From the NCBI RefSeq assembly GCF_000002075.1, contig NW_004798019.1, positions 279,166 to 341,948 on the forward strand: a DNA stretch of 62,783 nt. The letters are read 5' to 3'. The position numbers and the translations under genes were made by a program. The notes beneath the pieces are model-generated. The model did not search any database. It saw only the letters and a program-made list of their open reading frames with translations, and was not told the origin of the DNA. Numbering within the stretch: the first letter of the stretch is position 1; each line of letters starts with the position of its first letter. Shown here in pieces: positions 25,753 to 37,531 of this stretch. Source of the DNA: Aplysia californica. Taxonomy: Eukaryota.

Positions 25753-27572
25753 GGTGGTGAGGTTTCTGTTCTAAGTTCACTTCTAGATCTAGATCTAGAT
25801 CTAGATCTACCTCTGCCAGAAAATGAAGACTGCAACTGCAAGAGACTGAGGCTGCAACAACAGCAACTGAGGCGAAACCGTTGACACTTCTTGCCCTACA
25901 GCCTTGCCTTATTCTACGATCACAAGCAAACTGCACCAGCACGGGACCAAAGTAGGCGACCAAGAGCAGTTTTTATGTTATAGTTTTAGACAAAGTGCAA
26001 CTTTGACTGAGGAAAAAAAGAAAATGAGTTTCTTCACTTCAGGTCGAGAATTGGGCTTTGGCCCGTACCGTAGGAGGCACTTTGCACTCTGAACGGGGCG
26101 GGTGGGTGTGGACTTCGGTCAGAGGTCGGAGAGCCCCACCAGGATTGCCAGGTCTCTGGACTTGCGCCAGGCCAAGGCTAAAACATTTGCCAAATTTCAA
26201 ACTGCAACGTCAAATTCTCTCATATTTCCCCTGTCCAATTCAATTAGCATCAAGTTCAAATTCAAGTTCTACAGTTTAATATCGTTCCTGTTCTATGGTA
26301 TCTTTTCTAGACATCAGCAGTGCTGACTCTATTTAGAATCTGCGGCGATGACATTTCATTTTGAGAAAGACAGACAAACTAAAAGATGATATTATAAAAA
26401 GACAGTGGAAATTGCTGTGCTAGTAACACATCACGTAGTAGGCCTAGGTCCACATATTATAGATCTGCATTTTTAATTCGACACTCATAGTATAGGCCAG
26501 TGCAATTTTGTTTACACGATCTTCATATAACAAGAGCGCCAAAGATAACATAATCTGAGATAAGCAAATACATTTCTAGAATTACCAAAATATTACCAAA
26601 AAGAAAAAAAAAGAAACTTTCACTTGCTTTCACTTTCGGAGGTTGATTAAAAATAAAAAATATTACGTAACGTTGTTTTCATAATTGTAGCCTATTCTTT
26701 TCAATTGCACAGTTAAAGGACTAACACTGACACAGAATGTAGAGACGAAGGCGGTATAATTCAGTCTCAGCTTTCTCAAAGCAAGTTCGCCCCCCTCTTT
26801 TTTAATATTGAAAGTAATGAAAGCCGGCGTGCACGAGTCTCTAGCCTATTCCAAAAAGAGTAAAACGACAGACTATCATATAATATCATTATATGCAAAA
26901 GCTCCAAAGCTCACACTGATCGACACCATGATCACAAACACTTTGACAAACAGTGCAACGAACGGGTGATGATAAGTTGATAACCCCCAGCCTTCTTGTA
27001 GCATAATAGGGGAGAGAGCTCCGTTAATTGTTATTGTGTTTTTAGTAGGGTGGCAGATTGTTCCCCTTTCATAACAGGTTTTCTTCCGTCATTTCCCGTT
27101 AATTAAGCACATAATTTAGGCCTAGAAACCCATCTATACGAGTTATCTAAAAACAATATATTTTTTACCTATTTCTGACTCTTTTGCCTACTTTTTTTTC
27201 AATGAGAAAAGGGTGTTTAAGGCGTTATATCGATTCAGGTTCCATAAGATCCGCATTTGTATCTTCATACAAATGTCTTTAAAATAATGACCTTCCCACA
27301 TAAGCCTACTGGCTTCTTCCCGCATTACATACAGCCTTATTCACTTTCTTTTTCTTCTCTAAAATCCTCAACAGTTTTTAAATTAAAGAATCATATTGCT
27401 GTTACCTGTAGTTAAGTTTCCCTGTTTTAAACAATTGTTCAATATTCACAGCCACCGTATAGATCTATATTAAGTTGGGTAGGTTAATATATAAGCTGCT
27501 CTATTTGAAATCCGATACTAAATGGTATTGATGGGATCGTAAAAATACCTGAATGAAAAACTGAGTGGCAAG

Positions 27573-27574
27573 CA

Positions 27575-27625
<51 letters not shown>

Positions 27626-27681
27626 GCACACACACACATCACACACACTGTCTCCCCTTCCCCCACCCCGCTATCTCTCTC

Positions 27682-27728
<47 letters not shown>

Positions 27729-27751
27729 CTCCCCCCCTCTCTTTCTCATTC
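27573..27751. repeat. (CA)n and (CT)n microsatellites next to an assembly gap
   Basis: Read directly from the sequence. Confidence 0.95.
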
Positions 27752-27943
27752 NNNNNNNNNNNNNNNNNNNNNNNNNNNNNNNNNNNNNNNNNNNNNNNNN
27801 NNNNNNNNNNNNNNNNNNNNNNNNNNNNNNNNNNNNNNNNNNNNNNNNNNNNNNNNNNNNNNNNNNNNNNNNNNNNNNNNNNNNNNNNNNNNNNNNNNNN
27901 NNNNNNNNNNNNNNNNNNNNNNNNNNNNNNNNNNNNNNNNNNA

Positions 27944-29820
27944 TTTAGGAGGCGGGCTTCCGATCCAGCCTCTCAAGGCCGCTGGCCCTAGAGGTATACA
28001 ACATCCCAGCAGAAAGACCGAGATAGGCCTACTTTATAAAAATGTATCCCTACTCGGAATCGACAACAAAAACTCTTTCAGGTAGGTTCAGCAAGCCCAC
28101 TCTACCAGTGAAAGACAGAGGGAAAGATTATCATGAAACCAGAAGGGCAATTTAACCGATGGAGAGAACACTTTGATCAACTCTTAAACAGACCACCTTC
28201 AGAAAACCAACCAGAAATTCTTCCAGCCAGAAATAACCCCCCAGTAGTTACGGAACCACCTTCGAGAGAAGAAATTGCTGCAGCTAAAAAAACATACCTG
28301 AAATCCCACAATGCAGCTGGTCCCGACCATAACACCGAGAACCCTTAAGGCAGATAACGATACATCAGTGAGAATTCTCTATACTCTCTTCGAAAAGGTT
28401 TGGCAAGAAGAGGAAATACGATCAGACTGGAAGTCAGTGGAAGGAAGGCCACCCAACCAAGATACCAAAGAAGGGAGACCTCAGCAATTGTAACAACTAC
28501 TGAGGTATAACATTCCTGTCCGTACCTGAGAAAGTCTTTAACAGGATACTCCTGGAAAGAATCAAGCTGGCAACAGACGAGAAGCTCCGAGGAAACCAGG
28601 CAGGATTCCGAAAAAAACAACAACCGATCATGTGTGGACCAGATCGCTACTCTGCGCATCATTGTTGGGCAGTCACTTGAACGGAATTCACCACTCGTGG
28701 TCAACTTAATTGATTATGAAAAGGCGTTCAACAGCATAGAAAGGGAAACTCTGTGGAAACTCATGCGTCATTATGGAAAGCCTGACAAAATCGTCAAACT
28801 TGTGAAGGCCACCTTTGATGGAACAAACTGCCAAGTCTTCCACGAAGGACAACTCACAGAACCATTCCAGGTACAGACAGGAGTGCGACAAGGATGCTTG
28901 CTCTCACCTTTTCTCTTCATACCGGCAATTGACTGGGTCTTGAAAGAAGCCACCAAAGGCAATCGTAATGGAATACAGTGGATTCCTTGGCAGCAGATGG
29001 ACGACTTGGACTTCGCCGATGACCTTGCACTGCTCTCTCACACACATGCTCAGATGCAAGAAGAGACTACGGAACTCAACGGCCTATCAAGGATTGTTGG
29101 CCTACGTATACATCCAGGCAAGTCGAAAGTAGTGAGGCTAGGAAAAGTTTCAAGTCCTTCTGTGACAGTGGAAGACACTCCCCTGGAAGAAATGGACTCC
29201 TTTACCTACCTTGGAAGTGACATCGATTTTAAATGCTTGATTTAATCACTTATCAAAAGTCTGGAAAGCAAGCAACATCTTACTGCGCACCAAGATTCGA
29301 CTCGTTAACTCCAATGCCAAGTCTGTGCTCCTCTAGGGCTGCGAAACTTGGAAAACAAAGTACTGAATAAAGTCCAGACTTTCATCAACATATGTATGAG
29401 GAGTATCCTAAGAATTAAGTGGCAGGATAGAATTAGAAATTAAGAGCTGTGGGAAAGGACAGGACAAAATGATAAGTAGAAATAGGACTAAGAAAGTGGC
29501 GATGGGTGGGACACGCCACACCTTCAGAAAGCCTAGCGGAAACATCACAAGACAGTCGCTGCAGTGGAACTCACAGGGAGCAGTAGGCAGGGATAGTCCA
29601 TGTGAAACACGGAGGAGATGTGTGGAAAGGGACCTGAGAGAGATGAAGCTTAGTTGGAACGAGCTTGGAAGGATGGCCCAGGACAGAGATAAATGAAAGG
29701 AGCTTGAATGTGGCCTATACCCTGCCAGGGGTGAAAGGCATTGATGATGACTCAGGAATCGAACTCGGTTCTCCTGCGAGCGACAGCGAAGAGCCTAACC
29801 GTTACACCATAGACGCCGGT
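27944..29820 (-). mobile_element. tRNA-derived SINE split by the RTE insertion (head 29820-29750, body 28063-27944)
   Basis: Head has A box TGGTGTAACGG and B box GAGTTCGATTCC. The body matches the intact copies at 3702-3890 and 44635-44822. Confidence 0.75.
28064..29749 (+). mobile_element. 5'-truncated, frameshifted RTE-clade LINE (reverse transcriptase pseudo-ORF)
   Basis: DQIATLRII, IDYEKAFNS, GVRQGCLLSPFLF, LDFADDLALL and FTYLGS motifs; several stops and frameshifts; (GAT)n 3' tail. TSD actcggaatcga (28052-28063) / actcaggaatcga (29750-29762). Confidence 0.92.
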
Positions 29821-30597
29821 AAACTTTGTTGGGTCATGATGAAAGTGATTAACGACAAACAGTTGCAGAGACACGTACGACCTTGTCTCCAAGAATCTAC
29901 CCACTTGGCAAAAGGCACGCCACAGGGAAAAGAGTTGGGAATTAAAGTAACAATGAGAATCCCCCCCCCCACCCCCAAACACACACTTGCCCTCTCCCAG
30001 ACACACATTCTGGGAAAGTAAAAATATATAACAATGTATGTAATGTATGTTATATTATATGCGAATAACATTTTAGAATAAGTTGATTGACTGTAAAGGT
30101 CTTAAAATGTATTAGCCCATCGACATAATATAATGTAGACCTATACATCTATAAACTGTATAAATGTGTACAGTCGAACATGGATCTAACGGCCCTGTAT
30201 AAGATAAAGACAATCACCTGTAGAAATGGCTATTTACATCAACACTATTAGGTTATTTAAGGGGCGGGACCTCCTAGTTTAACGTCCGTCTCCGATAGGA
30301 CCGTGTTCGCCATTCCTTGAAGACTGTAATAATAAAGCGTATAGAGCATGCTGTAGAGCATGAAATGCGTTCTACACGTCACGTGGGCCTATACAATTTC
30401 TGGTATTATTATTATTATTATTATTATTATAGTTCTGTAAAATAAACTACTTTTTCAGGAATCAAGCCGACGTCTTCCGTGTGTCACAATATTAGGAGTC
30501 TATCCATTAGCGTACACCATACAAACTGATGCAGGTACATACTGTAATCACCGAAAAGGTTTTTTTTTAAATACCGTGGCATTTTTTTTGTGTGTGT

Positions 30598-30628
<31 letters not shown>

Positions 30629-30659
30629 TTAATATATCTTTCGACCCTTAAATACGTGA

Positions 30660-30850
30660 GGTTTTAAGGGGTGGACCTCCGAATTTATCAGGCCTCTCCG
30701 AAGGGATCTTAGTAGCCAAAGGGGAACAATCACATAAAGTGCCCTTCTCAATGGCACAATGCCAGACGGCAATGAACCTCGGTGGACCCCTGAACCCGCA
30801 GCCTCACGATTACGGGTCCCACAGCCTAACCAACCATTAGACTATACGAA
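30660..30850 (-). mobile_element. tRNA-derived SINE
   Basis: The - strand has tagtctaatgg..ttaggctg, gcgggttcag and ttgtgccattgagaagggcacttta (CORE/V-like central block). Confidence 0.55.
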
Positions 30851-31312
30851 CATAACACGGTTTGTCACACATCCTCTGAATTAGACAAGCTTTATGCAAT
30901 TTGGAAACTGTAACTTCAGGCAGAAGAGCTAGAACCCAGATGGCCGCTGGATTGCTGGATCGGAAAAGTAATAGTTTGTAAAAGTAAACTGTAACAATTT
31001 TGGCTCAGCGGTGACTTGTAATTGGGGTTTAATGTCTTGAGCAAGACATAACAAAATGCCTAAGCCAAAGAGAACGTTCTGTAGACGACAACAAGAGAAA
31101 CACAATTGGTATCTAACTCGATAAAATCCTCTTTTCTCTGTGTTGTTTGAGTAAAAAGAAACACTTTAACACAGTAACGGATATGGTGCAGGGAAGAAGC
31201 AAGACAAATAGAGAGAGACAAGAGATGGAAAGAAAATATGTACATGTATATATACATGTAGGACCTACCAGTGGCGCCCTCCAATCACGCTGCTTGTGTT
31301 GTGACAACTTAA

Positions 31313-31552
31313 CCCTATCCGTACACCCTGGGGTCATGTTGTACCCCTGGGCTTGTATTATTCACATTTTAGAATACTTCTAGTACTAAGATCTCGAAGA
31401 AACTTTTAGTATTTCTCAAAAAATCATTTTGACAGACTGCTAGGCAAAGGGTACGGATTGGATTAACAAGTAAATTTCCTCTTTGGAAAGTAGTGGCAAA
31501 GAGTTCCACACATCGTATGGATACGATAATAAAACACGACGTACGGATAGGG
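31313..31552. mobile_element. piggyBac-type MITE
   Basis: TTAA|CCCTATCCGTAC ... GTACGGATAGGG|TTAA: perfect 12-bp TIR with TTAA TSD. Confidence 0.88.
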
Positions 31553-33398
31553 TTAAGACTTACTTGTACTTCATTTACAGTACAGAATATGACATATCAG
31601 TGGTGTTCTGATCGGGATCTTTGCCAACCAAAACACTTTGAACCTAAGGGTTAAATTCTCTCAAGGAGAAGAAATTTCTTAGGGTTTAGAGTGCCTCCTT
31701 TAAAAGTACAGCCTCAAAACAGCCCAAGATAGTCCTGATGGACAGGTCAAGACAGATCACCATCTGTGGACCTAAATTGTGTCATGGTCATGTTTCTTTG
31801 CTAAAAGTAAAAAGAAACATAAGTCATTCAGTGCGAGGAGCAAAAAGCAAGTTTTCTTTTAGTTTGTTTTACAACACTTGCAACACAAAAAAATCAGCCA
31901 CAAGAAAAAAAAAATAGGAGTAGGGATCAGGACGATACTTGTTTATAGGAAAGAAGGCACAAACCACACCAGAGTACCCATCAATCACCCATGAGAAAAA
32001 ATACAGGTCGAAAGAAACAACACACTAAAAGCAAAGGAAGAGTAGGACTTAGGCTACCGACCAGCAGCGTGCACTAACCATCTGCACTGTGTCAAGGGCA
32101 AAAAACATAAAAATTAAAAATATTAACCTAAATTCCAATGAAGCAACACCAGAGAATGCATTCACAACATATTATATTGTGTTTTTGTCATGTGGAGAAT
32201 GGACGTGTACAAAGTAAACGACAGTAATATATTGACAATGGCAACATTAGAATTGAGTGTGACACCACAGTAGTCAACATGAACAGTAAATGTTGTTCTC
32301 CTCACTATAGTGAAGACTCTTCACTAACTAAACAATATAAACATTGTGTCTGTGGAGAATGGATTACTACAAATTCTACATCACAACATATCAATTTTAA
32401 CAATGACAAACACAAAGTCACCCCCGGGGCGGTGCTCCATACTGAAGTGTCTTTAGGCCATTTCCAAAGGGGGGACATAAGCCTGTTCTTATGCACAATA
32501 GAATTGTAAATGGGCTGATTCATCGATGTCATGCTCATAACTGTGCCCGAACTGCAACAGGGAACTGTTGCTTTTTCTTTCCTAATCCTTACTATTGTCA
32601 TTTTTCTCAACTTTTTTGTATGTTTGTCACACTCTTGTGATCCGGTATTTCCGGGGAGCCTTGATAGTGATAGTCGAAGCAGACTTTGTGCTGTTGAAGC
32701 TAGAGAAGTGAGAAGAATAAGTCTGATTCCTTGTGAGGACTTCTCTTTTGATATCCACCCCTTGGCGCTTATATGACCTTATGCTGTTGCAAGCGCCGTA
32801 AAACCTCTACTAAAACTATAACCCCCCCCACCCCCCAAAAGTAAGACACGACTGCAGTCAACACGAGCAAGTACATGATGTTGTATACTCCTCGTTATAG
32901 TGGAGACCCTTCACTAACGAAACAATATATCTGTCTGTGGAGAATGGATTCAATACAACTTCTACATTACAACTACAACAATATTAATAGTGACAAACAC
33001 AAAGTATGATGACATCCCTGTTATCAATACAAACAAGTACAATGTATACATATTTCTATAATATGTTGTATGCCTCATTTCATTATAGTGCAGTGGAGAC
33101 CCTTCGCGAACTTAACACTGTGTCTGTGAAGTATGGATAAATACACAGATGTGAAATGTGCTGACAAAATGAGTTACGGTATTTCTCGCAATCCACAAAT
33201 TGAGATTGGCCAAAAATTGATACTAAGGTCAAATTTGTATTTTTTATTGATTCCACATTCTTTAAGTATAACATGCCATTTACAATTTCATACTTATAAA
33301 CAGTAAAAACTATACCTATAAGCGTGATGTATCTTATTTCCATAGGGCTCGAATCCGAGACTCAACTCATTTAGTCAGCATGTTTCACATATTGACAT

Positions 33399-33839
33399 AT
33401 GTGAGGCAGCGTGATGGAATCAGGCTCTCGTCAAATAATCAAATTGAAGAAACCTGCATTTTTCCGCAGGTTTGTGAATTTTTATCTAGTTTTTGTTTTT
33501 TGGCTCAACACCTTTCATGCCCATTAAAGAACTTATTTCTGTGTGGAATTTTCTCAAAAACGTTGATTAAAGGCACAAAAAAAGTAAATGTTCAATTACC
33601 ACGGACTCTTAAGCTAAGGAAATAACCAATCTTTGGCGGCCATTTTCTGACTAATTTTTCCTCTGAAAACAGGTGACCCCCACCTCCTTCATTCGCAAAT
33701 ATCTCCACTTGTATTCAAGATAAATGGACAATTTTTCATCCAAATAAAGACAAGTGAACAAACTTTAAGATGATACCAATAACTCTACATACATGCCCAA
33801 AAATAGACGAGAGCCTGATTACACCACGCTGCATCACAT
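33399..33839. mobile_element. MITE with ~35-bp TIRs (second copy 59631-60075, TIR remnant about 59497-59531)
   Basis: atgtgaggcagcgtgatggaatcaggctctcgtc / gacgagagcctgattacaccacgctgcatcacat. Internal sequence is colinear with the 59.6-60.1 kb copy. Confidence 0.85.
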
Positions 33840-36439
33840 TATATATATATGACAATGATTGTCAAGGAGTGTGACAATGCTGTAGTCAACAAAAACAAAT
33901 TCCTTATTTGAGACTATCCACTAACAAAAAGTACTTGGTTTCGTTTTGGTAAGAGTTTTATAACACTTGCAACACAAACGCATCTGACAGTCATATATAA
34001 ATGCTGAAGATAGAAGGTGTTACTAGTGAGTAATATACAAAGAAAAGAAAGAGGAGGGATACGGAAGACAGATGTTTGAAACGAAAGAGGGAGTTGAAAG
34101 AGATGTTTTAAGCCTACACAATTTGCAAAACATTGGTAGAATTGTAATTAATTCATCAAAACATTTTCATAGATTCCAATTCTGAACCCTGAGAACTCTT
34201 ATCTCAGAATTCATAACCACACTGTCAATACATTGTATAATAAACAAGTGTTAAAAGAACTAAAACGTGGATAAAAGTTTTTCAAACCAAGAGCTCAAAC
34301 TAATTTGACTTTAGGGCATACATCAGCTCTCCAATTTGTTGCAGATATAAGACAAATCAATGGCAGTAGGGTATTTGTACAGTAAACTCACTGTAGCATG
34401 ATAGACTTCTTTTCAGAAACAACAAACAATGAAAAATACTCCAGTACAATCCGCATCAATCTAAAACACACTTTGATACCTCTCTTGAAAAGGTAAAATC
34501 CTAACAACATGTACAATGTTGCCAAAGGCAGATTTCAATGTAGTCATAGATTCTTTTGGTAAAAATGGTAGAAATATAATTTTTTATAAGCCAAAATGAT
34601 ATGGGCTTTAAAAAAAAAAATATTTCTCTTTATCTCCCTTCTCCTTCTACTTCTTCACTCTCTCTTGCTTTTAAAAGAATTTTACAACTAAAACTAAATG
34701 GACTTGTTCACAAAATGCTCAACAGATGAGAACAATTGTAATCCTCCACTCACCTTCATCCTCACCTAACTGCTAATCAAGCGATGCTGTTTTCTACGAC
34801 AAACTTTCAACTTGAATGTACACCTATAGATTCTACATGTATCTACAACCCTGAGAAATTCTGACGAAACTTCTTTTCAGATAACTTGAATAATGTATTT
34901 GACATAATAGCTGATTGCACATCGTAAGGTCAGATCTATCACGGCTATAAAAATCTATAGTAATATTTTAATCAAGTTAAAATCATTACTCCCGAATATA
35001 GATCTACCTGTCTACAAACAGAAAGAATTCTGTTACCTGTTGCTTACTTAGTTCAAAGAAAGTCCAATGAATGAATGAATGGCTAATCTTTACAATTTAA
35101 AGAAATGCATTATTGTAAAAGCAAATAAATTATTTTGTTTAACCACTTTGAGAGAGCTAAAATTTAATGCCAAATAATTAACTGAAATGCTGGATGGTAC
35201 CACCTCCTACATATATGTGTGTGTTTTGCCAGGAAGACATTGGCCAACATATAATTTGAAAGTCTTGTCTTGATGAAAGATCTCTGGCTTCCTGTTTCCA
35301 GCAATCCAGTACATGTATTATTTTAGTATGCAAGCAACTCCCAGAGCCAAACTTCAGCGGTCATATTCTCTTAGAAAGGCAATAAGTATGAAAATCTGTG
35401 GCTGTTTTCGAAGTTCATAAAATAATTTTGCTAGGTTAAGTTATGGTTGCCATGCCATTTATAAGCAAACAGATAAGGGAACATTAAAAACCAGCTGTAT
35501 ATAGCCCGATTGTATGTTTGTCACATAGATCAAGTAGCAAGGAAATAATATTGTTCAGTTCATGTAAGTAAATGCCACCACAACTGTTTGTTAACATTTT
35601 GACCAAAACATCAGGGTAGTCAACAAAAAATAAATGTATAATATGTAATTAATTATAAATTCTTTCTCCTCAGAGTTTTACTGCTAAGAAAAGTTGCAAA
35701 TACTTTCCATGACAGATACTCAGAATCAGATCTACGAAAATGTAATAATTGAAAAAAACCCAACTATTCACAAAATGCTGAAATATTATTTATAGAGATC
35801 ATGTAGATATCCATTTTACATATAAATTTATAATTCTAGATATCTGCTGGCCATATGTGAGATTGAGTTTCTGATCCACCTGTCCGACGGGAAGCCATCT
35901 GCTCCAACATCTAAAAAACCTACACTGTTTCACAAAACATCAAATATTAATTACAAAAATGAACAAACAGGGGTGTCTGTCTAACAGCAACCGACATAAG
36001 AAGCAAGCTTTCCTTGTTCTTAGGCGGAGGTTGTTGCTATGCTGATGACTGAATTATTTTCAATTTTTTCAATTTTTTTTTTTGGGGGGGGGGGGGGGAG
36101 TTATCTGCCATAACGTCAGTGAACTGACTGCCACAGAAGTACACACCGCACATGGCGCACAACACCAACAGGTTGGCTACTTGATTATCTTTCTCCCATG
36201 AGAAAGGCATAGAAATTTGAAATAGAGAGAGAGAGGACTCTTGGCTCTGAATACATGAGCATGTACATGTATATCACCAAGAAAAAGACAGTTTTCAGAC
36301 ACAGATCACACAGCAGAATCATGTTCCTAGACGGTGACATTGGGCAGTCGGGGCAATACAACAGAGGAACCCCTTTGATTTTGAACAGCCAGCCCCACTG
36401 TGCCACCAACTTCATGCCCGTCCCAAGAGGGGAGGTATA

Positions 36440-36514
<75 letters not shown>

Positions 36515-37350
36515 CAAGGTTTGACTGTATTAAAATCAGCCCCAAATTTTGAACATTTGTTAATTGCAGTTTTTTAATCTGTGGTATTATTTGCAGAGTG
36601 CTCAAGAAATATTTTTACGAAATTCACACTCTTAAAGTTGAAGAAAAAAAAAGGCAAAAGAAATAACATAATTTTGGTACAATTGTTAAAAGAATAAAAC
36701 AGTTTTTTCCTCTCTCCTGTAAAATATTATGCTTTCTCGGCCTAGTATATTTCAACATCCTGTCGATGATATGCATCCTTGACTTTACGGTACTTTACCA
36801 TATTCATCCGTGCCAAACTTTTTAGTTCAAGAGTCTTTGTTGCCTGACAAAACAAAGGAAGAACCAGGAATACACAAATTGCACAATTGGAGCTCTACAA
36901 GCACACTCCGAGTCTCTCTCTCTCTCTCTCCTTTTCACTCTCAAAAATATGCCCAAGCACGTGTATATCACTGATATGAAGAATGTCATAATGGTAACTG
37001 AAAACAGTTCCCTGGACTGTCAATAGAGTATTCTGGCATTAAACACAAAACTTGATACATGTAGAAAAATGACTTGTTATGTAAAAGGTACCTAGGCCTA
37101 TTACATATATATATACACAATGTTCGACATTTCACAAATTTGAGCTGATAAAGTTGATCTATTTATAGCACATTAGGTTTACTTGAACAGTGAGTAACAA
37201 AAGTCTATCCCTGAGCAAAAAATGCTAAAAATAACCTGAATCCAGCAGTGTTTACCACAATTTCTACATAGTTATAAAAAACAATATCTCATTCTCAGTC
37301 TTATCAACTGTTTCTGAGGAGGCATACTTCCCTTTGGCTTTCAAAAATCT

Positions 37351-37498
37351 TTAGGAAGTAGGATAGTAGTAATTCAAATTTAAAGTGCGCATAGCTTGAT
37401 ACACAGTCATGTTTGGCTCATACGCTGCAGGATCAGTAGCAGGGTTCTGAGGGCGTTCATAGTATTCCAAGCTGCGGTCGTAGCGACAGTCATTCTGG

Positions 37499-37531
<33 letters not shown>

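Noticed and set aside
25596-25841. RS-repeat (SR-protein-like) ORF
   Set aside because: The RSRSRS tract is the translation of the (TAGATC)n repeat in the GSTK1 leader.
28634-29245. 203-aa reverse transcriptase ORF as a functional gene
   Set aside because: Fragment of a 5'-truncated LINE with flanking stops and frameshifts.
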